Assembly: GCA_963776345.1 (NCBI GenBank)
Contig: CAVZMH010000022.1
Span: 224,001-288,000, forward strand
Source of the DNA: an uncultured delta proteobacterium
GTDB taxonomy: Bacteria; Myxococcota; Myxococcia; Myxococcales; Myxococcaceae
Direction of reading: 5' to 3'
Length of the DNA stretch: 64,000 bases
In this document: positions 47,789 to 58,675 of the stretch, in pieces
Numbering within the stretch: position 1 is the stretch's first letter
Layout of the letters: the number at the start of each line of letters is the position of its first letter
Program-made: the position numbers and the translations under genes
The notes under the pieces: generated by a model
The model's input: the letters and a program-made list of their open reading frames with translations, nothing else
Told to the model about the DNA's origin: nothing
Databases searched by the model: none

Positions 47789-47905
47789 GCGCTCCACCCG
47801 GCGGCGAGGTCCGCCGAGCTGACCCTGGGGTGGACGCGGGAGGAGCTGCTCAGTCGCCCCTTCCTGGAGCTGGTCCACCCCGACGACCTCGCCACCACCG
47901 AGGAA
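47789..47905 (+). pseudogene. Remnant of a PAS domain
   Basis: Reads LTLGWTREELLSRPFLELVHPDDLATT, typical of PAS, with no proper start or continuation. Confidence 0.6.
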
Positions 47906-48113
47906 CCGGCGCCGGGCTCCCGTTCAATCCGCGCGAGACGCTTGGCCGGGGCCGCGCCTCTACGACCTTGGTCGTATCGAATCGCGGGGCAGAACACGGT
48001 GGATTCGAGCTCGAGCGCTCACCCCGGAGCAGCTCGCGCCTCGTCTGCAGCGGTCGAGGCAGAGCGGGCGCCCGACGACGAACTTGGAGCGCACAGACAT
48101 CAGGGAGGCTGGG

Positions 48114-49565
48114 ATGGGAACCTCCGCCGTCGTACGCAGGAGAACCTCCACCGTCGCAGGCAAGGCCTCCGGCCGACGACGCCAGGCACTGCTGGAAGGC
48201 TCCGCGGAGGAACAGACGCGGGCGGAGCGCTACGCCGCGGGCAAGGCCCTGAGAGAGACGTGCCCCCGGAGTGCACACGCCGGCTGGAAGCCACCGGCCA
48301 GTCGACCGGACCCGGTGGAGCTCGTCCTGAGCGCGGAGAAGGGACGGATGCCCGAGCTGCTGCCACTCCGTCACGGCCGGATGGTTCGCTCGGCGTTCAC
48401 CTTCTACCGCGGGTCGGCGCTCGCCATGGCGGCCGACCTGGCGTCCACGGCGGTGTCCGGGGTTCGCGTCCAGTGCTGCGGGGACGCGCACCTGTGCAAC
48501 TTCGGTGGATTCGCCACGCCGGAGCGAAGGCTCATCTTCGCCATCAACGACCTCGACGAGACGTTGCCCGCGCCCTGGGAATGGGACGTCAAGCGTCTCG
48601 CCGCGAGCTTCGTCGTCGCGTGCCGGGACAACGGCCTGAGCGAGGGGATCGCGAAGGACGTGGTGCTGCACTGCGTCCGGACGTACCGGGAGTCCATGGC
48701 GGAGTTCAGCGAGATGAAGACGCTGGAGGTCTGGTACCAGTCGATGCGGGCGGACGATCTGATGGCAGGCATCGCGGATCCCGAGATCCGCGACCGGGTG
48801 ATCAAGCGCATCGAGAAGGAGCGCGGGAAGAGCGCCGCCGAGGACCTCTTCCCGAAGCTCGTGGAGCACAAGGGCGAGAAGCCAGTCATCAAGGATCAGC
48901 TCCCGACCATCTTCCACGCCGAGGGCTATCCGCCGGGCGAGATCCAGCAGGTGGTGCACAACGCGCTGGCGGGGTATCGCGCCTCCCTCCCATCGGCGTA
49001 CGGTGCGCTGCTCGACCGGTACGAGCTCCGGGACGCTGCGATCAAGGTGGTGGGGATCGGAAGCGTGGGGACAAACTGCTGGGTCCTGCTCTTCACTGCA
49101 GGAGAGGGCGACCCGCTGTTCCTCCAGGTCAAGGAGGCGCGGACCTCCGTGCTCGAGCCGTACGCCGGCGCGAGCGTCTTCAAGAACCACGGTCAGCGGG
49201 TGGTGGACGGCTACCGGCTCATGCAGCCCGCCAGCGACATGTTCCTCGGGTGGACCGCGGGTCGCAAGCGCGACTTCTTCGTGCGCCAGCTCCGGGACAT
49301 GAAGCTCGGCGCCCGGGTGGAGATCTTTGGCCGCCTCGACATGGAGATCTACGCCGGCTGGTGCGGCCGGGCACTCGCTCTCGCCCACGCGCGCTCCGGT
49401 CCCTCCGCCGTCCTGAGCGGTTACATGGGCAAGAGCGACACCTTCGACCAGGCCATCAAGGCCTTCGCCATCGCCTACGCCGACCAGAACGAGAGCGACC
49501 ACGCCGCGCTCGCGCTCGCGGTCAAGAAGAACAAGGTGGAGGCGGTCTTCGAGGAGGACCGCTGA
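48114..49565 (+). CDS. DUF2252-domain protein
   Basis: RHGRMVRSAFTFYRGSA; CGDAHLCNFG; INDLDE; KVVGIGSVG; LQVKEA. Confidence 0.92.
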   Translation: MGTSAVVRRRTSTVAGKASGRRRQALLEGSAEEQTRAERYAAGKALRETCPRSAHAGWKPPASRPDPVELVLSAEKGRMPELLPLRHGRMVRSAFTFYRGSALAMAADLASTAVSGVRVQCCGDAHLCNFGGFATPERRLIFAINDLDETLPAPWEWDVKRLAASFVVACRDNGLSEGIAKDVVLHCVRTYRESMAEFSEMKTLEVWYQSMRADDLMAGIADPEIRDRVIKRIEKERGKSAAEDLFPKLVEHKGEKPVIKDQLPTIFHAEGYPPGEIQQVVHNALAGYRASLPSAYGALLDRYELRDAAIKVVGIGSVGTNCWVLLFTAGEGDPLFLQVKEARTSVLEPYAGASVFKNHGQRVVDGYRLMQPASDMFLGWTAGRKRDFFVRQLRDMKLGARVEIFGRLDMEIYAGWCGRALALAHARSGPSAVLSGYMGKSDTFDQAIKAFAIAYADQNESDHAALALAVKKNKVEAVFEEDR

Positions 49566-49730
49566 GGCGGGCCGGAAGCAAGGCCTGAGCCGGAGGCGGC
49601 GAAGCCCCGGGGACCCGCCGCGTGCCCGTGCCGGGGTGTGCGATGGCCGAGGCGCGCGTGCCCGCTTCGCCCACTCGCCCCGCGGTGCGCGCAGATCGAG
49701 GAGCCGCTCCTCGCTGTGTATGGTCGTGGC

Positions 49731-50138
49731 ATGAAGCTCCATCTCCTCGTCACCGCAGCGATCCTCGCCGCCACCCCCGCTCGAGCCGGAGACGTCGGCG
49801 TCACCGTCTCCGTTGGCGGCTCGGGCTTCTACGGCCGCATCGAGGTCGGCAACTTCCCCAAGCCGCCGGTGGTCTCTCCGATTCCGGTGGTGATCGAGAG
49901 GGCGCCGGTCACGGCGGAGCGGCCGCCGATCTACCTCCGAGTCCCGCCCGGGCACGCCAAGCACTGGCGCAAGCACTGCCGCGAATACGATGCCTGCGGC
50001 GAGCGGGTCCTGTTCGTCGAGGAGCGCTGGTACAACGAGGTCTATGTTCCGAGCCACCAGACCCTTCAGCAGGTCGTGGCCGAGCACCCCGAGCACGGCC
50101 ACGGCCACGGCCACGGGAAGGGCAAGAGGGAAGACTGA
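49731..50138 (+). CDS. Exported hypothetical protein with His/Gly tail
   Basis: Signal peptide; PIYLRVPPGHAKHWRKHCREYDACG. Confidence 0.75.
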   Translation: MKLHLLVTAAILAATPARAGDVGVTVSVGGSGFYGRIEVGNFPKPPVVSPIPVVIERAPVTAERPPIYLRVPPGHAKHWRKHCREYDACGERVLFVEERWYNEVYVPSHQTLQQVVAEHPEHGHGHGHGKGKRED

Positions 50139-50212
50139 CGCTCGGGCGCCCCGGGACGGGCGGCGGCGCCGAGACCGGGAGCCCGCGAGTCCGATGCACG
50201 GGTCGTCGTGGA

Positions 50213-50743
50213 TCAGGCCAGCCGCGCTGCGAGCCAGTCCGCCGCAACCTCGACCGCCCGTGACTCCCGGTGGCCGAAGGCGTGTGACGCACCGGCGATG
50301 ACCTCGAGCTCCAGCCTCGGGTTCCTCGCCGCGAGCCGCCTTAGGCTCCGGACGGGTCCGAGCGGATCCGCCGCGCCCTGAACGATCAGCGTCGGGCAGG
50401 TCAGCTGCTCGAGCACGGCCTCGTCCACGGGCCGACGGCGTCCGGCCGCCGTGCGCACGGGGAAGCCCAGCAGCACCAGCGCCCCGGGCGCGGTCTGGAG
50501 CGCGAGCCGCGCGAGCACGCGACCTCCGAAGGAGCGGCCTGCATACGCGGCGATCGCCGGATCCGATCGCGCGAGCGTCCGGGCCTGGCCGACCTCGTGC
50601 TCGAGCCCCGACGAGGGACGGCCGCGTGCCAGCGAGGCGCGGAGCGCGGACAGACCTCGCGCCCGGAGCGCCTGCTCCAGCGCGACGAGGATCGGCTGGT
50701 CGGCGCGACCGCCGAAGCCGGGGAGCATCAGGACCCGCGTCAC
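50213..50743 (-). CDS. Small alpha/beta hydrolase
   Basis: GRSFGG nucleophile elbow; QGAADP; GASHAF. Confidence 0.8.
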   Translation of the reverse strand: MTRVLMLPGFGGRADQPILVALEQALRARGLSALRASLARGRPSSGLEHEVGQARTLARSDPAIAAYAGRSFGGRVLARLALQTAPGALVLLGFPVRTAAGRRRPVDEAVLEQLTCPTLIVQGAADPLGPVRSLRRLAARNPRLELEVIAGASHAFGHRESRAVEVAADWLAARLA

Positions 50744-50890
50744 CAGGTCTACGCTCGCCGTCGGTCTCTCACGAATCAAGCGCCGAGGACTCGCTCACCC
50801 CCCGAGGGGCGGCCCGACGACGGGAAGCCCTGATCGCTCCCGCTTCACCCTGGCTGTGACGCGCACGCCAGGGCCGGTACGCTGCGCCCC

Positions 50891-52921
50891 ATGGCCGCGC
50901 CGCGCACCGTTCGCACCATGTGCCCGATGAACTGCCATCCCACGCTGTGCGGGATGCTGGTGGACATCGATCCGGACGGCCAGGTGACCGCGGTGCGGGG
51001 CGACCCGGGGAACCCGGACAGTCGCGGCTTCCTCTGCCAGCGCGGCCACGCGAGCCGGGAGATCATCGGTAATCCCGAGCGCCTGCTCCATCCCCTGCGG
51101 CGCAGGCCCAGGAGTGGATCGTGGCAGCGCACCTCCTGGGACGACGCGCTGGACACCATCGCCGCGACCTCGCGGGCGGTCGGCGCGGAGGCGGTGGGCG
51201 CCTGGTCGGGTCACGGGCTCTTCGCCAACAGCTACGGCACCCGGCTGCACTCCGAGCTGCTGCGCCGCTTCGCGAACCTGGCCGGCTGGCAGTGGTGGAC
51301 CCCATCGATGGTCTGCTGGGGTCTCGGTGCCTTTGGCCTCGCCTTGACCGGAGTGTTGAGGGTCCACACGCCGGAGGACCTGGCGGCGAACGCGGCGCTC
51401 GTTCTCCTCTGGGGAGCCAACCTCGCCAGCCAGCCGACCACCGGGCGGCATCTCCAGGCAGCGCGTCGACGGGGAGCGAGGGTGGTCACCCTCGACGTGC
51501 GCCGCACCGAGGCCTCGGCGCTCTCGGACGAGACGTTGCTTCTCCGGCCCGGCACGGACGCCGCGCTGGCGCTGGGGATGATGAGCGTCATCGTCTCGGA
51601 GGGGCTGCACGACCGGGAGTTCGTCGCCTCGCACACCGTCGGCTTCGAGCAGCTGGCCGCTCACCTGGCCCGTCACCCGGCGGAGTGGGCGGCGGAGGTC
51701 ACCGGCGTGCCCGCTCGAGCAGATCGTGTCGCTCGCCCGGCGCTACGCGACGACCCGCCCGGCGATGATCCTCCTGGGCGGGAGCTCGATGCACAAGGGT
51801 GCGCACGGCTGGGAGGCGGGACGCGCCGTCGCCTGCCTCCCGCGCGCTGACCGGCAACCTCGGTGTCCGTGGCGGTGGCATGGGCCCGCGGCACGGCGCA
51901 CGCGCGCACGGGCAGATGCTGGCCGACATCGCCGGCCAGCGCCGGTCCTCCACGCCCGTCGTCCCGAGCCAGATGTCCCGGGTGACGGAGGCGCTGGAGG
52001 ACGGTCGGGTGCGCGCGCTGCTCCTCTTCGGCACCGACCTGCTCTCGTCGTACGCCGACTCGGGCCGGGTGAAGGCCGCGCTCGGGAAGCTCGACCTGGT
52101 CGTCTCCCACGACCTGTTCTGGAACGGGACGGCGCGGGAGCACGCCGACCTGGTCCTGCCCTCGACCTCGTGGCTGGAGGACCTGGGGTGCAAGAGCACC
52201 AACACGCACCTCTACCTGATGCCGAAGGTGCTCGAGCCACCCGGCGAGGCGCGCTCGGTGACGCGGATCCTCCGCGAGCTCGCCCGCCGGCTCGACCTCG
52301 CCGACTTCTTCCCCTGGTCCGACGAGTCCGGACCACTCGATGCGTTGCTCGATCACCCCTCCACAGGTCGCGCCACCGTCCAGGCGCTCTCGGCCGAGGG
52401 TGGAATCTGGCCCCTCGCCATCTCACCGGTGGCCTATCCGGACCTCGCGTTCGACACGCCGTCGGGCAAGGTGGAGCTCGTCTCCGAGCGGGCCACGGCG
52501 TCTGGGCCTTCCTGCGCTGCCGGTCTTCACGCCGCCCGGGCCGCGGACCGAGCCGCTGGCGCTCCGGAGCGGGCGAACGCTGACCCACTTCCACGCCTTC
52601 TACGACCAGGGCCGGGCCTTGCCCTCGCTGGCCCGCGCCGACCCCGAGCCGGTGCTGTGGATCTCCCCGGCCGACGCGGCGGCGCGCGGGATCGGCGCCG
52701 GTGACCCGGTCCGGATCCACAACGCGCGGGGCGAGCTCTCGGCCCGGGCGGAGGTGACCGACCGCATCCCGGCCGGCACGGTGTGGATGCACGACGGATG
52801 GTCCGGGCTGAACCGCCTCACCTCGGGCGCGCCGGTCCTCCCCGACGAGGCGGTGGAGATGCCCGGCTTCTCCGGCGGCCAGGCGGAGTACGAGGCCTTC
52901 GTCGAGGTCACGCTCGGATGA
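50891..52921 (+). CDS. Molybdopterin-dependent oxidoreductase (frameshifts near 51715, 51843 and 52503)
   Basis: CPMNCHPTLCG...LCQRG; LRPGTDAAL; ADLVLP; C-terminal ISPADAAARGI..GD.V...NARG dinucleotide-binding domain. Confidence 0.85.
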
Positions 52922-53322
52922 CCACCGTTCCCATCCTGCGGGTCGCCCGACCCACCGACGACATCGAGGCGCAGCTGCCCTTCTACTGCGACGGCCTCGG
53001 GCTCCAGGTCCTCGACTCGTTCGAGGACCACCAGGGCTTCGACGGCGTGATGCTCGGCCTGCCCGGGGCGCCGTACCACCTCGAGCTCACCCACCGGCGC
53101 GGCCACGAGGTCGGCCGGTCGCCGACCCGGGACAACCTGCTCGTGCTCTACCTGCCCGACCGGGGGGAATGGACGCGTGCGGTGGCGCGGATGCAGAGCG
53201 CCGGGTTCGCGCCCGTCCCCTCGTACAACCCCTACTGGGACGTCGCAGGCAGGACGTTCGAGGACCCCGACGGGTACCGGGTGGTGCTCCAGTGCGCTGC
53301 GTGGCCCGAGGCGCCGGGCTAG
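52918..53322 (+). CDS. VOC/glyoxalase family protein (YycE-like)
   Basis: LRVARPT..FYCDGLG..FEDHQGFDG..NPYWD..TFEDPDGYRVV. Confidence 0.88.
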   Translation: MTTVPILRVARPTDDIEAQLPFYCDGLGLQVLDSFEDHQGFDGVMLGLPGAPYHLELTHRRGHEVGRSPTRDNLLVLYLPDRGEWTRAVARMQSAGFAPVPSYNPYWDVAGRTFEDPDGYRVVLQCAAWPEAPG

Positions 53323-54779
53323 AGCTGGAAGAACGGCTCGAGGTCCGGCACTCCGGTCTCCCCGCTCTCGTGGGTGAACTCGTTGGTCCGTGACGAGTAG
53401 CGGTAGTCGGCGCCCCAGGCGTCGGCGTTCTTGACGGACGCGCGCACCGCCTCGGTCAGGGCGTGGACCTCGGCGGTGGTGGTGGTCGGGTGCAGCGACA
53501 CCCGGACCCATCCCGGCTTCTCCGAGAGGTCGCCGTGGTCGATCTTCTCGGTGATGCGCGAGGAGCGGTTCGGGTCGACGTGGAGGAGGTAGTGCCCGTA
53601 GGTGCCGGCGCAGGAGCAGCCGCCGCGGACCTGCACCCCGAAGCGGTCGTTCAGCAGCCGCACCAGCAGGTTGTAGTGCAGGTCCTCCACGTAGAAGGAG
53701 ACGATCGGCAGCCGGTCCTCGAGGTGATCGGCGAGGATGTGCAGCTTCGGGATGGTGCGGAGCTCGGCGAGGAGGAGCCGCAGAAGCTCGTGCTCCCGCT
53801 CCCGGATGCGCGAGGTGCCCATCGCCTCCTTGAGCCGCACCGCGAGGGCCGCCTTGATGGTCTGGAGGAAGCCGGGCGTCCCGCCGTCCTCGCGCGCCTC
53901 GATGCCGTCGACGAAGCTGTGCTGCTTCCAGGGGTTGGTCCAGTTGACCGTCCCACCGCCCGGCTGGTCGGGGACCCGGTTGTGGTACAGCCTCGAGTCG
54001 AAGACCAGCACCCCCGGCGTCCCCGGGCCCCCGAGGAACTTGTGCGGCGAGAAGTACACCGCGTCGAGCTTCTCCAGCGGATCGGCCGGGTGCATGTCGA
54101 TGTCCACGTAGGGAGCGGACGCGGCGTAGTCGACGAAGCAGTAGCCGCCGTGCCGGTGCATCACCCGCGCGAGCGCGTGCACCGGCGGGCGCACTCCGGT
54201 GACGTTGGAGCAGGCAGTGAACGCGCCGATCTTCAGCGGGCGATCGCGGTACTGCTGGAGGAGCGACTCGAGGGCACCGAGGTCGACGAGGCCCCGCTCG
54301 TCCGGAGGCACCACCTCCACGGTGGCCACCGTCTCCAGCCACGAGGTCTGGTTGGAGTGGTGCTCCATGTGGGTGAGCAGGATCAGCGGCCGGAGCTCGT
54401 CGGGGAGGCGGCAGAACGGCGCCAGCTGTTCCGGGAGGCGGAGCCCGAGCATCCGCTGGAGCTTGTTGACCACCGCGGTCATCCCGGAGCCCTGGGTGAT
54501 GATCACGTCGTCGGGCGCTGCGTTGACGTGCTTCTTCAAGAGACCCTGGGCCCGCTGGTAGGCCCGGGTCATCGCCATTCCGGTGGCGCTGGACTCCGAG
54601 TGGGTGTTCCCGACCAGCGGACCGAACTGCTCCACCAGCCGCCGCTCGATGGGCGCGTAGAGCCTGCCGCTCGCCGTCCAGTCGGCGTAGAGCAGCGCCC
54701 GCTCGCCGTACGGGCCGGAGAGACGGTGATCCACGCCGACGATGTTCGCGCGGAACTGCGCGAAGAACTCCTCGAGCAT
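53319..54779 (-). CDS. PLP-dependent aminotransferase class V (cysteine desulfurase/selenocysteine lyase-like)
   Basis: YADWTASG, EHHSN, DYAASAPY, SPHKF, RGGCSCAG. Confidence 0.9.
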   Translation of the reverse strand: MLEEFFAQFRANIVGVDHRLSGPYGERALLYADWTASGRLYAPIERRLVEQFGPLVGNTHSESSATGMAMTRAYQRAQGLLKKHVNAAPDDVIITQGSGMTAVVNKLQRMLGLRLPEQLAPFCRLPDELRPLILLTHMEHHSNQTSWLETVATVEVVPPDERGLVDLGALESLLQQYRDRPLKIGAFTACSNVTGVRPPVHALARVMHRHGGYCFVDYAASAPYVDIDMHPADPLEKLDAVYFSPHKFLGGPGTPGVLVFDSRLYHNRVPDQPGGGTVNWTNPWKQHSFVDGIEAREDGGTPGFLQTIKAALAVRLKEAMGTSRIREREHELLRLLLAELRTIPKLHILADHLEDRLPIVSFYVEDLHYNLLVRLLNDRFGVQVRGGCSCAGTYGHYLLHVDPNRSSRITEKIDHGDLSEKPGWVRVSLHPTTTTAEVHALTEAVRASVKNADAWGADYRYSSRTNEFTHESGETGVPDLEPFFQL

Positions 54780-54947
54780 CGAGACTCCTCGAGTGCAGCA
54801 TAGCTCAACCAGCTCCGCGCGGTCGGCCTCGTCGCCGGGGAACCAGTCGCTCCTGGTGGGCTCGACATCGACCGGCGCGGCTTCCGCGGCCGTTCCCCGC
54901 CGCGCAGCGCCGCCTCCTCCCCTCCAACTAGCAGCGGCCGGGCATCG

Positions 54948-55385
54948 CTAGGGCGCGCGCGGCGGGTCGTGGACGACCAGCACGTGGCAATTCGCATGGT
55001 CCGCCACCTTCGCCGCATTCGTTGCCAGGAGCCGGTCCCAGCCGCCGAAGCCGTGGCTGCCGACGACGATGAGCTCGGCCCCGACGCGTCGCGCCGCGGC
55101 GAGGATGGCCTGCCAGGGCTGGGGGGTGTCCAGGTCCGGCGGCTCGATGACGATCCGCCGCCGATGGGCGGCGAGCGCCTCGAGGCTCTGTCGCGCCCGG
55201 GACTCGAGCTGCGCCGGGAACGGATCCGGCTCCGTGGCCGCCGCGGGCGGGAAGGGCGGAGGGACGGTCACCGCCCGGAACAGGTGAACCTGGCCATCGA
55301 ACCGCTCGGCGATGGCCAGGGCGGCGTTGAGCACGCCCTCCGAGCGAGAGGAGTCGTCCACTGCGGCGAGAATCACGGAGTACAT
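54948..55385 (-). CDS. Universal stress protein
   Basis: ILAAVDDS...LIVVGSHG...NAAKV..HANCHVLVV. Confidence 0.88.
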   Translation of the reverse strand: MYSVILAAVDDSSRSEGVLNAALAIAERFDGQVHLFRAVTVPPPFPPAAATEPDPFPAQLESRARQSLEALAAHRRRIVIEPPDLDTPQPWQAILAAARRVGAELIVVGSHGFGGWDRLLATNAAKVADHANCHVLVVHDPPRAP

Positions 55386-55487
55386 CGCTGGTCCCGTCCT
55401 TCCTACCCCGATCCGACCTGTCGGCCCCCAATCCTCGCGCACAAACTGTGCTGGCACCTTCCTCGGTCCGGGTGCACCGTTCACCGC

Positions 55488-55868
55488 ATGCCACTCGTTC
55501 GAGTCGATCTGCCCCGCGGAAAGAGCCCTGAGTACCGCCGAACCCTCGGCGACGTCGTCTACGAGGCGATGATCAAGGAGATCAACGTCCCGGCGAACGA
55601 CCGGTTCCAGGTCATCACCGAGCACGCTCCGGAGGATCTGGTCATCGACCGGACGTACCTCGGCATCGAACGCAGCGCCGAGTGCGTCGTGATCCAGGTC
55701 TTCCTCAACGAGGGCCGGACGACGGAGCTGAAGAAGGCCTTCTACCGCGCGGTCGCCGAGGGTCTCCACCGGCGCCTCGGCCTGAGAAAGCAGGACGTCC
55801 TCATCACCCTGGTGGAGGTGAAGAAGGAGAACTGGTCCTTCGGCAATGGCGAGGCGCAGTACGCCTGA
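55488..55868 (+). CDS. Tautomerase family protein
   Basis: N-terminal Pro (MPLVRVDL); ENWSFGNGEAQY. Confidence 0.9.
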   Translation: MPLVRVDLPRGKSPEYRRTLGDVVYEAMIKEINVPANDRFQVITEHAPEDLVIDRTYLGIERSAECVVIQVFLNEGRTTELKKAFYRAVAEGLHRRLGLRKQDVLITLVEVKKENWSFGNGEAQYA

Positions 55869-55981
55869 CCGAGCCGGACGCCGGGCTCGCCGCATCGGTC
55901 CTGGTTGACGGCGAGTCCCCCGCTCGAGCCAGAGTGCGGGCCCAGGTCGGCCGAGCGAGCCGAACCGCGGAGGTTTCCCGG

Positions 55982-56764
55982 ATGAGCGCTGCCATGCAGA
56001 CGGAGAGCGTCGCGCCGGTCGTCGCCAGCTGGACGCGCTTCTCGCGTCACCTGAGCCAGGATTTCCTCGGCGGCCCGAGGGTCCTCAAGTTCGCCTGGGT
56101 CATCAACGTGCAGAAGGGCGGGACGCTGCTCTTCATCGCCGCGCTGATGCTCGCCTACCGGAATTTCTCCACCGCGGCCTGGGTGTACCTCGCCCTGCAC
56201 GGCACCTACGGCCTCTGCTGGCTGCTCAAGCACGTGGCGTTCCCCGACCCGTCGTGGGAGCGGCGCCTCACCTTCGGCGGCGCGTTCATGAGCGTGGCCA
56301 CGGTGCTCGGGCCCTACTGGCTCTTCCCGTTCCTGCTCGTCTCGGACGTGCTCGGACCCCGCGCGGCGCCCGGGCTGCCGCTGCTCGCCCTCTGCATCGG
56401 GCTGCACACGCTCGGCGTGGCGATCATGCTCAGCGCCGACTGCCAGAAGTACTTCACCCTGCGGGTGCGCCGCGGGCTGATCGACGACGGGATGTTCCGC
56501 TACACGCGGAACCCAAACTACCTCGGCGAGATGATGGTCTACGGGAGCTACGCGCTCCTCGTCGCGCACTGGATTCCCTGGGCGGTCCTGGCGTGGGTGT
56601 GGATCGGGATCTTCTTGCCCAACATGCTGAACAAGGACGCGTCGCTGTCGCGGTACCCGGGATGGGCCGGGTACAAGGCGCGAAGCGGGTTGCTCCTGCC
56701 GAGGATCCTCCCCACGGCGGCGCCGCACCGCCCGGAGCCGGTCGCGGGTGACCGGGCGGCCTGA
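55982..56764 (+). CDS. DUF1295/steroid-reductase-like membrane protein
   Basis: LIDDGMFRYTRNPNYLGEMMVY; several TM segments. Confidence 0.82.
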   Translation: MSAAMQTESVAPVVASWTRFSRHLSQDFLGGPRVLKFAWVINVQKGGTLLFIAALMLAYRNFSTAAWVYLALHGTYGLCWLLKHVAFPDPSWERRLTFGGAFMSVATVLGPYWLFPFLLVSDVLGPRAAPGLPLLALCIGLHTLGVAIMLSADCQKYFTLRVRRGLIDDGMFRYTRNPNYLGEMMVYGSYALLVAHWIPWAVLAWVWIGIFLPNMLNKDASLSRYPGWAGYKARSGLLLPRILPTAAPHRPEPVAGDRAA

Positions 56765-56883
56765 GAGCGCTCGTCGGAGTCCGCCCGGGCCGCGGAGGCC
56801 TGTGCTGTGTTGTTGCGATAGCCTCTCGTGCGCCGAGAGCAGGGCCCCCGGGCGCTGCCTCCCGATGCGGATCCGGTGAGCGC

Positions 56884-57624
56884 ATGAATGACACCGCTCC
56901 ATTCCTCGAGGCGACCGACTCGCTCGACCGCGACGCCCCGGCCGTGAGGGCGGCGGTCGCCCGCGTTGCCGGGGGAGCGAGGGACGACGTCGAGCGCGCG
57001 GTCCGCATCCACGACTTCGTCCGTGACCAGGTGGAGTTCGGATGGGCGCCGACGTTCGACGCGGGCCGCGCCTCGGAGACGCTCGCCAGGAAGATCGGGT
57101 TCTGCAACACCAAGACCCCGCTCTTCGTGTCGATGCTCCGGGCCGCCGGCATCCCCGCGCGCATCCACTTCGCCGGCATCGACACCCGGCTCCTCGCGCC
57201 GCTCATCGTGCCCCGCGGCCCTTACGTCGACCACTCCTATGCCGAGGCGTTCCTCGGCGGTCGCTGGCTCCATGTCGACAGCTACATCGTCGACCTGCCG
57301 TTCCACCGGGCCGCGCTCGAACGGCTCCGCGCCAGCGGCCGGACCATCGGCTTCGGGCTCCACTCCCACGGGAGCCCGACGTGGGACGGTCGGTCGGACA
57401 GCTTCGTACAGTTCGTGAACGACGGGAGCTCGCCCGCCCTCAGCGACGTCGACTTCGGGATCCACGCCGACGTCCCCGCCTTCTACGCCACCGGGAAGGC
57501 TCGTACGCCACTCAACCCTCTCTTCCGCTTCCTCGTGCTCCGGCCGGTCCTGGCCGCCGCCAACAGGCGCGTCCGCGCCGTCAGGTCGGGGGCAGAGACC
57601 GGCCCCGCGTCGAGCACCCCATGA
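56884..57624 (+). CDS. Transglutaminase-like protein
   Basis: GFCNTK...HSYAEAFLGGRWLHVD (Cys-His-Asp triad). Confidence 0.85.
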   Translation: MNDTAPFLEATDSLDRDAPAVRAAVARVAGGARDDVERAVRIHDFVRDQVEFGWAPTFDAGRASETLARKIGFCNTKTPLFVSMLRAAGIPARIHFAGIDTRLLAPLIVPRGPYVDHSYAEAFLGGRWLHVDSYIVDLPFHRAALERLRASGRTIGFGLHSHGSPTWDGRSDSFVQFVNDGSSPALSDVDFGIHADVPAFYATGKARTPLNPLFRFLVLRPVLAAANRRVRAVRSGAETGPASSTP

Positions 57625-57747
57625 CCGCGCCAGGCCGCGGAGGCCGGGCGGCACGCGCACCGGGATAGCCGACGGGCGGGAGGCTCGCGTCCGCGGGGGG
57701 CAGACCGCGTCGAGGTCGTCCCCGGCCGCGCTCGCTTCGCCTTCGGA

Positions 57748-58653
57748 TCAGTGCGTCCGGGTCTCTGCCGCCGAGCTGACCTCTCCGTACTTCTTCTCGT
57801 ACTCGCGTCGCGCGCTCTCCACCCACCCCTCGCGCTCGATCCGCCCCTTGAAGCTGGGCAGCCGTGCGGTCACCGCCGCGACGTCGTCCATGCCCCAGTG
57901 CATCACCTGCTCGAACCGGTAGATGCCCATCCGGTGGAGGAGGCGCTGGAGCACCGGGCCCACGCCGTGAATGAGGATCAGGTTGTCCCGCTCCTGCTTC
58001 GGCGGCGGGGCGGGGCTGGCGCGCATGGATGCTGGCCGGGTCTGCGACGCGGCGATCTCCTGCGCGAGCGCGTCGAGCCGCCGCTCGACGCCGGAGAGGT
58101 CTACCACGCTGGCGATCGCCTGGAGGGGTCCGAGGTCGACCGCCGGCACCGGTCTCCGCGCGAGCTCGTCCACCCGGTCCGCCACCGCGTCCAGGCGGCG
58201 CTCCAGCCCCGAGAGGTCGGGGGCGCGCAGCGCTGTCAGCGCCGCGGTCACGCTCGCCAGCTTCGAGGTCACCTCGCCGCCGTCGCCCTGCAGCCTCTCG
58301 AGCTTCTGGACCATCGGTGTCAGGTCGAGCGCCGGCGGGGTCGGCGCCGGTCTCCGGGCGAGCTCGGACACGGTCCCCTGCAGCGCCTCCTGGCGCTCGA
58401 GGAGCCGGTGCAGGTCGGCCGCCGCGGACCCGGCCGTCGGTCGGGCCTTCAGCTCCTCCATCATCCGCGCCAGGAGCTCCAGGCGCGTGGCGAGCGCGGA
58501 TGGCAGCACGCCGGTCGGTGCGGTGGCGCGGAGACGCTCCGCCTCGGCAGTCAACGTCGCCACCTCTCGCATCCGCAGGAACCAGGCGATCAGGAACCCG
58601 ATCACCGCCGCGGCCAGCAGACAGAGGAGGATCTCGGAGATCAGCGCGAGCAT
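57748..58653 (-). CDS. Membrane-anchored coiled-coil protein with C-terminal helix-hairpin-helix domain (COG3743-like)
   Basis: N-terminal TM (LLAAAVIGFLIAW); DNLILIHGVGPVLQRLLHRMGIYRFEQV...GRIEREGWVESA. Confidence 0.78.
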   Translation of the reverse strand: MLALISEILLCLLAAAVIGFLIAWFLRMREVATLTAEAERLRATAPTGVLPSALATRLELLARMMEELKARPTAGSAAADLHRLLERQEALQGTVSELARRPAPTPPALDLTPMVQKLERLQGDGGEVTSKLASVTAALTALRAPDLSGLERRLDAVADRVDELARRPVPAVDLGPLQAIASVVDLSGVERRLDALAQEIAASQTRPASMRASPAPPPKQERDNLILIHGVGPVLQRLLHRMGIYRFEQVMHWGMDDVAAVTARLPSFKGRIEREGWVESARREYEKKYGEVSSAAETRTH

Positions 58654-58675
58654 CGTTCGGCCTCCACCAGGGTTG

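Noticed and set aside
50891..52921. Selenocysteine-containing formate dehydrogenase or programmed frameshifting
   Set aside because: The putative ligand codon is TGC (Cys). The breaks are frame changes without evident slippery sites, consistent with sequencing error.
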